A stretch of 64,000 nt of DNA from the human T2T-CHM13v2.0 reference genome, Homo sapiens. Position numbers and translations under genes: made by a program. Positions 1-11,660 of the stretch are shown here, in pieces. Every line of letters starts with the position of its first letter. Positions within the stretch are counted from its first letter, which is position 1. A model generated the notes under the pieces. That model saw only the letters and a list, made by a program, of their open reading frames with translations. It had not been told where the DNA came from and ran no database searches. Location: the NCBI RefSeq assembly GCF_009914755.1, contig NC_060929.1; one strand, given 5' to 3'.

Positions 1-87
1 TGGTCTCGAACTCCTGACCTCAAGTGATTCACCTGCCTCGGCCTCCCGAAGTGCTGGGATTACAGGCGTGAGCCACCACCCCCGGCC
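1..87 (-). mobile_element. Alu, 5' part (cut by window edge)
   Basis: Reverse complement of the Alu left arm. Confidence 0.9.
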
Positions 88-3000
88 AACTGCTATTGTT
101 GTAATAGATTGTAACAAAGCCAGTGGTAATGGGTAGCCCAACGAAAGTCCTCTCTGTGGCAGGCACCATGTTAACAGCTTTCTGACTTTCACTTTTTTTC
201 ATCCCCACAGTAGCCTCAGGTGACATGGGCCCATACCTGGGACAGATGCATGTTGTTAGCATCCCCATATACAGATAAGGAAACTGAGGCCTTGGGAGTT
301 TGTGGCTTGCCACTGCCTAGTGGGATGGAGTCCTGGCAGAGCCCTTGACAGGCTGTTGGCCTCTGTGTGCTGTTTCCTGCACCTTCCACACTATCTGGCA
401 CACAGAAGGGACTCCTTAAATGCTTGCTGGGCACAGGCCTTGCTCTTTCCTCTTTGAGGCCCCCATAACCCTTGGCAATGGGCTGGATGTGTTGGGAGAT
501 GGGCTGATAGGCTAGTTGGGCAGACAAAAGTGAATGAATGAATGACTGGATGACTGGTGGTGAGGATAAGTACTGTCAGGGGACACTGGGGTAGGGGGTT
601 GCTGGTGGACAGGCTGGCAGGTGGAGACCTACTGGCCCTGTGGAGGATTCTGGGAAGCAAGGTAGGGGCAAGGCGGAGAGATGTGGCCAGAGAGCAATAG
701 GCTGCTAAGCCAAGCCAGTGGGGCGGGTCCTATCTTCTTTGAGGACCACAATTTTTCCATCTGTCAGATGGGCTTGGGAGCCTTTGTCCTGGCTGGCTGC
801 CGGCTGGCCTGGGCTGGGACTGGCCTGGGAGGTGAGGGGACTGTGGCGGGAAGGAGGAAGCAGTGGGTGGTGAAGACAGGAAGATAAAGCGTGGAGCTTG
901 GCTTGGAACCTGAGAAGCAGAGACCAGCCCTGACCTGACGCCCGCCCTCCCTCCCTCCTAGCCGCAGGATGGGGTGCAGGCATGCAAACCCCCCACCACC
1001 CACTCTCACTCTGGTGCGGGCTGACTTCCTGACATCTGTGGCATTAGTGGCTGTGTGTGCCAGGAGGAGGTGGCCTGTCCCCTAGGACTAGACCAGCTTC
1101 TCTCCAGGCCAGGGGCTCCCGACAGCTTCATGCCAGTTCCTGTTGACTCTGATGGGAGAGACCCAGCCCCTCTCCTGCCTGACCCACCTCCCCCAGAACT
1201 AGATGGGAAATTAGTTAACTGGGCTCATAGCAGTAGGCAGAAGTGGACCTGGCCCCCTTTCTTCCTGGGGCGGTCAGATCTTGGTGGCCTAGAATTTCTT
1301 AGTCATGGGAGTCTAGAATCATAGATAGAATGCTTGGAATGGAGGCATTTTTCAAGTCAGGATTCTCGTTGGGATTCTGGAATCACAGAACCATGGATTT
1401 TGCTGCTAGAAGGAAGTGTAAATGGTCATGTTTCAGTCTCCTTGTTTGATGCTAGGGGACACTGAAGCTCTAGGGGTCAGGCTGCCCTGAGGTCACAGGG
1501 CCTCTTGTCCTCAGGTGACATGAGCCCATACCTGGGACAGAAATACCTGTTCTGCCCCTAGCCAGCCCCTCTCTGGAGCTCTAGCCGGTGTGGAGAGTGG
1601 GCTGTGGGCCCAGTCAGGCAGTGGGGGGATGCGGCTGGCCCACAGGCACAGGAGGGGTCCTCTTGGCGGTGCCCGCCCGCCCGCTGCCCACGCTTCCCGA
1701 GGCACCAGCGTGAGGAGGAAATGCAGGCTGTTGCTTCCAGCAACAGCCGGCAGGGCCGGGCGGCTTCCCAGCTCCCCCTCTGACTCATGGCCGCCTGCAG
1801 CTCCCCCTCCCTTGGGGTCCTCAGCAGCCCCATCTGTGCAATGGGGAGAGGAGGCTTTTTTCAAGGTCTAACATCACCCTGACAATACCTTGGGATTCTT
1901 TTCAAGACCACTGTTGAACTGTAGGAGAGTTAGGAGTGTCATCTAGAGCAGCCTAGCTGGGCGTTTGAACCCAGAACACTGAGAGATTCTGTTTGGAGTC
2001 ATCCTAATGCCTCCAGAAGCCTGGGAGGGCTCAATTGACTCCTGAGGCAGAAAGTGTGGTGGGAGGCAAAGGAATAGTGAAGGGACCTGCAGTCAACCCC
2101 TTTCAGGAAGAGCACAGTGGGGGATGCGTGGCTCTCTGGGCTCTCCCTGACCTTGGTTTGCCCATCTGCAGAATGGAGGTGGTTACCCATGAGGTCATTC
2201 ATTCAGTGTCTGTGCTGTGCCTGGATGCTGGGGCTAGTGGCAGATCGGCTGGGAGGGGAGGATTCCTCTGCTGCAGACGGGTAGGGGTGTGACTTGGTGA
2301 CTCCCGGGGAAGGACTGAGGTGGGGGGAGGTAAGGAGCCGGCCAGTGAGGCGCGGTGTCCAGCGGAAAATCCCAGCTGTTGTCAGGAAGTGTTTCCTCCA
2401 CTGGTCTCCTGGGAGGGAGACAGGCTAGCAGGAAGGAGGGCAATGGGGGCAAATAAGGCCCCCAGCCAGTCCAAGTGGAGACATCCCAAGCCTGGCAGCT
2501 GGGCGGGTGTGCCCCGCACACTGCAGGAGGGCTGGAATGCACCCCCCATGCTCTGAGGCTGGGCCTATGCTGGGGGGCTGGGACTGCCAAGAGGGGCTGG
2601 GCCCTCATCCAGATTTCAAAGCCTTCCCCAGGGGCCTTGTGGTGCCCTCCACCCTGTCCTGAGCTGCCGCTGCGGGGGTGGCAGATGCTGTTTCATCGGT
2701 CGAGGCAAGTGGGAGCCCTCCGGAAGGTCCTCCTGGGAGGTTCCGGGGGGCAGCAGGGGTGTCCGGGGGCAGTGGGGGTGTCGGCAGCTGCTGCCCCGCC
2801 TGGGCTGGCTCTCAGTGGCCTCCCAGGTCCTTTAGGCCCCGGGGCCTGGAGGTGGTGCTTCTGCATTGAGGCTGGTCCCTCCTGCCCTTGCTTTCTCCCA
2901 CTGCCCACCGAGCTTCTTGGTTGGCTCTGGCCCCCTCCATCCCTGGCTGTGTCTGCAAAGCCCCCCGGGAAGGCAGGGAGGAGGCGCAGCAGGCTCAGAA

Positions 3001-6000
3001 CAGCGGGTGCCCGCGCAGCCAAGTATTTGCTCGAGCTGTCAGAGACAGACAGGCATGTGGGGAATTTGGTGCGTGTGGGGCTGGGGGAAGCAGCCGGGTG
3101 GGCAGGCAGGCAGGAGGAGGGAAGCTGGGGCTGCCTCCCAGCCTGTGGAACCCTGCAGAGACCACCTCTCCCCAGTCCTAGAGGCAAGCTGCATCCAGGC
3201 ACCTTCCTCCTGCCTGTGCCAGTGCAGTGAGGGGAGCGGGATGATCCTGTGGGGTCTGATAATAGCTCTGACACGGGGAAGGGGGTGCCTTGTCGAGGGC
3301 CTGCAGGCTCAAAGAGGCTCTGGTGGAGTGTGGAGCCAGGCAGGAATCCGGGTTGTGCCCGACTGTGGCCTCCAGGAAATAGCAGCTGTCATGCTCCCGC
3401 CCCTCCACCCCAAGCCTGGCACAACTTGTTTCCTGGCCAGGATCCGGCCAGGGCAGATTGGAGGAGCCTGGTATTGCCCGGCCTGGGCAAGGAACAGGCA
3501 GGATGCAGGGGCCATGTTTATAAGCCTAAAGGCGTTTGGGGTGCTCTGGGGAGGGGACCTCAGCCCTTATCTCCTATGCGAAGACCCCAACCCAGTCACC
3601 TTTGTGGTCTACACTCCAAAAGCACCCATTAGGTAGGGTAGGGCCCAGAGCTGAGTAATGCTTGGTTTTTCGTAGCTTGAGAGCCCAGAGAGGGGGATAC
3701 GCTGCCCCAAGGTCACACAGTGGGCTCCTCAGCCTTCCCCTCTACCCTCATGTGGGTGGGGCCACTGGGAATTGGTGAACATGGGGGGGTTTGCTGGGGT
3801 GGGGGGCCTATATTTAGTCAGTCCTGCAGAGCCAGGGCGCCTCTGGGAGCAGCTGCTGGGGTTGGGGGGAGTACACAGACAGAGGCCTAGAGCTGCATTT
3901 AGTCTGGACAGAAATATCCTCCCCCCACCCACCCACCCACTGGCTGGGAGGCCAGGCTGCGGGCCTGTCCCCTGAGGGGCAGCTTGCCTGGGCCTGGTGG
4001 CCGGCGGGACAGGCAAGATGACCCGATAGGCTTTTCCCAGCTCAGGTTTCGATGAAACAGGAACCCCGGAGCTGCAGCCTGGGCCGAGGGGGCCAGGGCA
4101 GCCGGAGTCTGGGGGACCAGGACAGCCTCCCCCACCTCCGCCCTCATGCTCTTCCCCATGCTGCAGCCTCCCCTTTTCAGAGGCCTGGGGAAGCAGCAGG
4201 TTATTTATCAAGCCAGCCTCCCCGCCGCGGCTGCCCGCGCCGCCCCCCCACCTCTTGCGCTGTCGGCCATCAGCCCAGCAGAGCAGGGTGAGCTGGGCGG
4301 GCGGGCGGCAGGATTAGCTCAGGAGACGTGAGTCACCCCATCCCCAGCAGCCCCGAGAGGCCCTGCGGCCTGGCAGTTAGAGTGCACACTCACGCACCCC
4401 ACACGCGGCACACCCAGGCACACACTTAGGACAGACACAGTCACTTGCAGCACACGTAGTTCCACACGACTCAGCACACCCAGCCGACACGCGTGGTACA
4501 GACTCGGTCACATGCACCATGCACACACAGCTCCCATGTGGTGCTCCAGAAGCACACTCACGGTTCCAGCCACAGCCCAGCCTCTGGCACACACACCCAC
4601 TGGCACGTACCTAGGCGAATGCACATACACAGGCACACATAGGCGTGCACACATAGGCCACTCTCACCCCATTGGCCCCACACACTGGGGCCTGATCATT
4701 CTCAGGCCATAGCTTACCCCTAGATGATGCCATAGAGTGGGCCAGGGCACTGGCACACACAGGCGCACCTGCTGTGGTCAGGGCTCTGTTCCCCTAGACG
4801 CCCCGTGTTTAGGCTTACACGGAAGAGGCCCGGCCTTCAGCCATGTTGTGTCCACCGGGTTCTGCAAGGTGTGGGTGGGGAAGTGGAGATGGTTTTTTCC
4901 CATAGCCAACCTGGCTCTGCCCTCTCTGGGGAGGAGGTCCAAGTATCAGGCATGAGAGTGTTAAACCCACTGCCCTCTAGTACGGGGCCTCTGGCCCAGG
5001 CAGAGTGGGTTGGGTACATGGGGGAGAGATACAGGGGAGCTGGGAAAAGGAAAGGCTGGAGAAGGAGTGCCAGGGAAAGTCGATTTCCCCAGGACCACTA
5101 AGTGGCCAGCTGGTTCCCTGACCTGGGGCATGGGGTCCTTGGGAGGTGACAGGGGTGTGCCAGAGATGGGGGGAAGAATGAGACCTCTGATCAAATGGGC
5201 CCAGGAGTCTTTCTGCCTACCTTCCCTGCTTACCACACACCTGCTTCTCCCTGTCCCCTTAGTTGCCAAGGCCCTCATTATCCAGTGCCCCCACTTAGAT
5301 TTTGGCCATGTCCCTGGTTCTTAGTCTACAGCCCTGCAAAATGGGTACAGAGCTGGCTTATGTATAAGGAAGTCCTGGGGTGCTGAGAGCTGAGGGTATG
5401 CCCTCAGGGAGCCTTTTTAAGCCTCTGCCCGCCTTTGGGGTTGGGGCCTGCCTTCCTTGCACTGGGCAGAAATAAGGATATACCCCTTTTCCATATGCTG
5501 CCAAAAAAAAAGCCGTTTTTCAGATGAGAGAAGTGAGTCTGATGGGAATGGCTTCATGGTCATGAAGGGCTTTGGATGCAATCTCCTAACACCCAGACTA
5601 CCGGTCATTCTGGGCCTACAGTACTGAGACAGCCTAGCAGTGGTCAAAGGGCATGTGGCTATAAGGACTCAGGCCCAGTTGGGCTCCCTCCTCCTGGCCA
5701 CACAGTTCTCCATAAACGACTGGACCGTGGTTGAGGAGGAGAGAGGGACCCAAGCATCCTGAGGGACACAAACAGCAGTGGCCAGTCAGGAAACTGGATG
5801 CCCGTGCCGCGGACTCTGGAGTTGGACAGGCCTGGGCTCCACACCTGGCTTGGTCGCTGCCTGCTATGTAATCATGGGCCAGTCTGCTCACCTCTCTGAC
5901 CTCATGTTTGTCACCTGTGAGATCGGTATGACTCTCATCTCTGTCTCAAAACCGCAGGACCTGAAGTAGATGGTGGGGTGTGTTGTCATCAGTTCTCATT

Positions 6001-9000
6001 ATGTCACCTGGATCTCCAGGCGAGCGTGCCCCTCCACCTGCTCCACTAGACCTGGCATTTTTCTGGGGGTGGCATCCCACAACAAGGGCTCCTTAATTAG
6101 AATGTCTTGGATTTAGCCTTCTCTAGGGCTGTTCTCAGATGGGGATGCTGAGGTACCTGAGTGAAGAGGCTGAGCTGGGGGCCAGGGGTTGGGGGAGGGA
6201 TGGGAATGGGTTGGACCCAGGGCAAAGGAACCCATGGGTGTTGGGTGGAAAATCCTGGAGGCTTCCTAATATCAGAGGGAGCAGAGAGAGCCGACTGTAG
6301 TTTCAAGGCTTTCTCTGTCTCCCACCCCCTATGCTCACACAGCAAGGCTATATGTTAGACTTGAGCAGGGACTTCCAGGTGGCAAATGGAGCCTTTGCAG
6401 GGTGGCGAGAGGCTTGGGATGTGCCTTTGTGGCAGGGCTGTCAGGGCTGTGGGAGATCTAAGAAGAGCCGACATGAGCTGGCAGGGCTGAGGGCGAGGGA
6501 GGTAGGAGGAAAGGCTGTCTAGAAGTGTAGGTAGGCCTTCTTCCTTTGGGCAGAAGAGGAGATGCAAGCCTGGCCAGTGGGGTGCTACCCTCGTTGTAAC
6601 CTTCAGGCTTCTACCACATGTCCATCCCCCCATGGTCCTGCAGGCTAGACGGGGAATGCTTTGTATTTGGGGCTGGGGAAACTGAGGCATGAAGGATTGC
6701 CTCAGAGCTCAAAAGCAAATGGTGAGAGAACCAGGGCCATGACCTGGGTTACCCAACACGCCTGGCCTGACTTGTCCGTGACGTTCACACTTATGCTGGC
6801 AGATGTGGACAGTAAAAACAACAACATGGCTATCCTTAGTTGAGCACCTACTGCATGTGGACGCTACACTGACCCCTTCACATAGGTCCTCTCCAGGACC
6901 TGACGAGGTGGGGGCTGTCAGCGGCTGCATTTCACTGGCTAGGGGTTGGGCTCAGCGAGGGTCAGCAACCTGTCTGAGGTCACCTAGGCTGGAGGCTGCA
7001 GAGCTAGGAGAGGAATCCTGACTCCAAAGCCCCACTTGGACCCTGGCATGGCCTGAGCCTGTGTCTCTGAGATGAGGGGCTCCCCTCGCCCCATTACACA
7101 CAAGATGTGTAGTGTTCCTAGTTGAGCCAGCCCCCTCCCCCATGCCCAGCTCCTTAACTCTCCTAGGTCCCTCTGCTATCTCAAGGCACTTTCCAGGTTT
7201 GAACCTAAGAGCATTGGAACTGCTAACCTAACCCCTTAACTCCAGGGAGGAGGGTGGATGGGTGGGTGGGGGATCCCCTGAGGAGCAGATGGATGCCCCT
7301 TGGGGTTTCTGGGTTCTTCCTGCAGACAGGTTCTGGGAAACTCCATGGTTAGGCCTGTGGAAGCTGCCTCGGGGCCTGGTCAGGGTTGCGCACCTCCTCC
7401 ACCCCCTCCCCAGGGGCTCCATTTCCCTCTCCTGGGCACCCTGCAGGGAGGAGTTGAGCAAGTGCCCTTGAGCTGGCACTTCCTCTTTGGTATACAGGGA
7501 CATAGCCACAATGACCCCCCATCCCGTGGTCCGTGTGTCACTTAGCACCAGGCGCTGCATGGCCCTGGGTCAGGGCTCACTAAAGGTCACTTCATCGGGT
7601 TGACTTTACTAGAGGCTAGTCCCAGCCTCAGATCATTTCCCCTTTCTGGTCTCAGTTTCTTCATCTGTGAAATGACTGTGCGAGTCTGCCCTGCGCGCTC
7701 TCTGAGGCAGGGGTAAGTTCATTCCCCGCAGACAGACACACTTAGGAGCTTTGTGACTGGTGTTCCAGTCCCCCAGGCCCAGAGCTCCTGTAGCCCTGAC
7801 ACCTGCACAGGGGTCCAGGGGAAGAAGTGTGGGCTCTAGAGTTGGGCCAGCCTTCTTTTCAGCCTCACCTCCACTGTCCACACTTGCTTGACCTTGACCC
7901 ACACCAGTGCCCCACTCAGCTCTGAGCCTCAGTGTCCTCATCTGCAAAATGGGAGAATCATGATGCCTACCTCTGTGGGTTGCTGTGACCATCAAACAAG
8001 ATGATGTGGACAGAGCACATGGCACAGAACTGATAGAGTGTGGTGACAGCGGAGCCCTTCCCCCCAGACTATCCTCCTGGTCACTGTACCCCAGCCTTGG
8101 TCTTGAGGATTCTGGGAAGGAGATGGTGCCAATCTGCTGGCTCAGCCAGCTTGGCCACTGACCTTCAGAGCACCCAGGCTGTCAAGGCCGCCAACTGCCT
8201 GCTGGGCGGGCAGGGGGGAGTGCCAGCCAGCTCCTCGCCTGACGCTGCCCGCTCCTGCTCCCACTCTCCTCTCCCTCTCTGCGCCTGTGTGTGAGCTAAT
8301 TAATCTCAGCCCCTTTGGGAAATTAGAACGCCGCAGCCGCGGCCTCCTCAGCCTCGCGGTGCTTGTGCTGCTACTGGGCCATGCCAAGACCCGCTGTGGT
8401 TTAGGGGCACCGGGGTGGGGGATGGGGGCACCGGGATGAGCTGGGCCGGCCATGGGTCTCCCAGAGCCCCCACCTCCTTGCCGGAATGCTCTGGTCTCTC
8501 AGCCCCCTCCTTTCCCAGATAGCATCCATAAGGATGCCAGGCCAGTGCCCAACTGTGGTAAAACCTAACCCCCAGTGGCCTCTCTGACCTGGTCCCAGGG
8601 CTGTTATGGCCACCCCCTTACACCACATTCCATCTCATTGCAGGGTCCTCTTGCCTGCCCAGCTTGGGCTGATGGAGACAGATGTAATTATGGAATTTTG
8701 CTTGGGAAATTAATTTGAAAAAGTTAATTAATTGGTGGTTCCGGAGGTGGCGGGCTCCACGCCCGGCCAGTCTTGCTGACGTCAGTGCTGACCCACTGGA
8801 GACGTGCAGCTTCCGGGCAAGCTGGGCAGAGGGACCCCGGTGACCTGGCTGGGCAGCCCTGGAACAGGTAGATGGACAGCGAGGAGCAAAGGGCAGACCA
8901 GTGTCCTGGCCCAGAGTGGGCACCTGGGAAGGGTTTGTTGACCAGACCTGCTGAGGATAAGAACCCGGCCACTTGTTTGTGTGTTCAACAAGCCGTTGTC

Positions 9001-11299
9001 AAGCTGCTATGGTACACTGACCCCAGTGTCTCAAGTGCCCCCAACCAAAAATAGACCAGTTCTTCCAAACCCCTTTTCTCAAGGAAAACCTCTAAACCTA
9101 TTCTCAAAGGCTTTTTCAAAGGGCTCAAAGGACATTATCGGGCCAGTGTGCAGATGAAGCCACTGAGGCTCAGAGAGGGTGGGCCTTGCCCGGCTTCTCA
9201 GCAGTGTCCTCCAGCAGGGTGGAGCAGAGGTGGGTAGAGCTCAGTCTCATTTCCAGAGGACGTGTGCCCCAGCTTCAGAATCCCATGGGCGGCCTCCTCC
9301 CAAGTATGGGTGATAGGGGCCTTGAAGTTGACTCTTCCCAGGGAGGAAGCCACAGAATATGGCCAGCCCCTTCACCCCCTTCACCCCCATCCCTGTGTGT
9401 GCCTGTGGGAGCTTCCCCTACTACCCCATCCAAGCCTCAGAAGACCCCCATGCCCCAGGGGTCTCAGGGTACACAGAGACCCCCACTACCTCCTGGACCT
9501 CCTGTGGGTCTTCTGACCACAAGCCTCAGCCAGATCAAGTCCTAGTTTCTGCAGGAGCGTGGGCTTTGGTGTGGTCTTTGTCCAGACAGGAGAAGGGTCA
9601 GGGCTGGGGCAAGAATGGCCAGGCCTGGGACAGGTCAGGGATACTGAGCCACAAAGAGGCCAGGGAGATGAACGTGGGCGCTCCTGAGCTATGTGGCCTT
9701 GGGCAGGTCCCTTAGCTTCTCTAAGCCTCATTTTGCTCATGCGGGAAATGGGGATGATCACAGATGCCATTCAGAGAGCTGCGGAGAGGTGCAGGGACGC
9801 ATAACCACTTGAAGTGGTGCTGGCTCTGGCGCAGGCTGTTTCACTGCCCAGTGGAGGCAGGCTGGGTGGAAGAGCAGTGAGCTGACTGAGACTGTGCTGT
9901 GGCTGGGGCCTGAGGACCAGTGGGTTTTGAGAGGGGAGCCTGGTGCATGTGTCAGAGGAACTGAAGAATACAGGAGATGATATTTGTGAGACCCTGGGCC
10001 CTGCTCCAACGGAGTCAGCCCACCCAGCATTTACCCTCTGACTTGTTTCTTGTGTTCCCTCACCTCCAGGATTTCCAGGGGCCAGGTGGGCCCTGCTCAG
10101 TTTAGTATGCCTCACCTCCCATAGCTGTTCAGGATCAAAGGGAGCATCATGGGCAGGCTGAGCTGGGCACTTTGCATCCCTGTCACTCTGATGTGGTCTG
10201 TAGTTCTGGGTTTCTTCAAGGTCCAACCCCAGTCTTGGGTTTAAGTGGGTCACACCCACTCCCTGAGCATCCTGTGTAGGCTGGTTATGGGGTCAGAGGA
10301 GAGGCATTTCCTCCTCCCACCTCACCTCCTCCAAGAAGCCCTCTGGGTACTGCTCCCCAGCACTTTGCCCATTGACTGAGCACTCAGGGTTCTCTGCACA
10401 GACTTTTTTAAACCTTTCTCTGTGTGTCCCTACACTGGGAGCTCTCTGACCACGGGGTCCATGGTATCTCCTGTCTATCCTAGTGCCCAGCACTGGGTTA
10501 GCACTCAATGTGGGGGCATAGGGCTCTTGTGCCCCTATTTTACAGATGGGTCAGTTAAGGCCCTGCAAGGTCACACAGCCTGTTGAGGGGCAGAGCCAGC
10601 CTGGTTCAGGTGGGTGTGGGGCCACTTGGTACCGGCTGGGGTCTTCTTTCAGGCCTCAGGACCATTCCTAGGCTTCCTTAGGCCCTGCAGCTCCTGACCC
10701 TCCTGGCACTATTCCTGGAGGGTGAATAGTCAGTCCTGTGCTCTTAAGAGCTTGGGGGTTTGGGGGTTAAGGGGTTGTGGCATCAGACTGAGGGTCAGAG
10801 GGCAGGCCTATGAGCTTCAGTTTCTTCATCTGTAAAACAGATCTTAGTGTTTGGGGGAGCAGGGGTGGCTGAAAGAGATCACGCATATGTTGTTCTCGCC
10901 ATCCTTATTATTACTACTGACACTGTTATTTTGTTATCATTACATTATTATTCATGCTCCCAGGGCCCCAGCAGCTGCGGTGGCTCCAGGCCTGGATGCA
11001 GAGCTCTGGTGTGCTGAAAAGAAGTTGCAGTTCCTAATTAGTCAGCGCTCCAAGGAGAGGGCCTGGGTTTTAATTTTTGCTGCAGGGTCCCACCTGCCCG
11101 AGGCCTCCCAGCCCCTCTCATCCCTTCCTGGGCTGGGCCTGCGGCACCCTCCCCAACCTCAGGTAGGGGGCCTGGCCCGAGGCAAAAACCTCCCCAAATT
11201 TCCCCTGCCACTCCCTCCGCCTCCCAGACCTCTGGGGCCATGAATCATTTATGAGGCAAAAATGAAACCAATTAAGGACAAACTTTGAAAGCCTCTAAT

Positions 11300-11660
11300 T
11301 GCTGCGCCTGGTGGCACCGTGGAATGAGGGGAGGCCAGCCTTCTCGGTGCGGAATCTCCTTGGCCCAGGCCTTCCCAGGCTGCCCGTCCCGCCGCGGCTC
11401 AGGGCGCCTCCCGGCTCCCTGCCGCCTCCCAGCCGGACGCGGACGTGCCTGCGCGGCTCTGGCGGCCGCGTCTGCCGCCCCGGCGCCCGCCCGGGTCCCA
11501 GGCCGACTAATTAGGCCCGGCTACCTCCCGCGCCGCCCACTGCCCGCTCCAGGCCCGCTGCCCGCTCCAGGCCCGAGGTGATGGCGGCTGTTCCTGCCGT
11601 TCTGGGGCCTGTGCCCCAGAGCTGGCCGCGTTTCTCGGGGCGGGAGCCAGCTCTGCTCGC
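11300..11660. promoter_or_regulatory. Small intronic CpG island; candidate alternative promoter/first exon
   Basis: Dense CpGs and GC boxes, donor-like GAG|GTGATG at 11577/11578. Confidence 0.5.

Noticed and set aside
2475-3636. 251- and 256-aa overlapping ORFs
   Set aside because: No recognisable domain, composition reflects high GC, no supporting exon structure.
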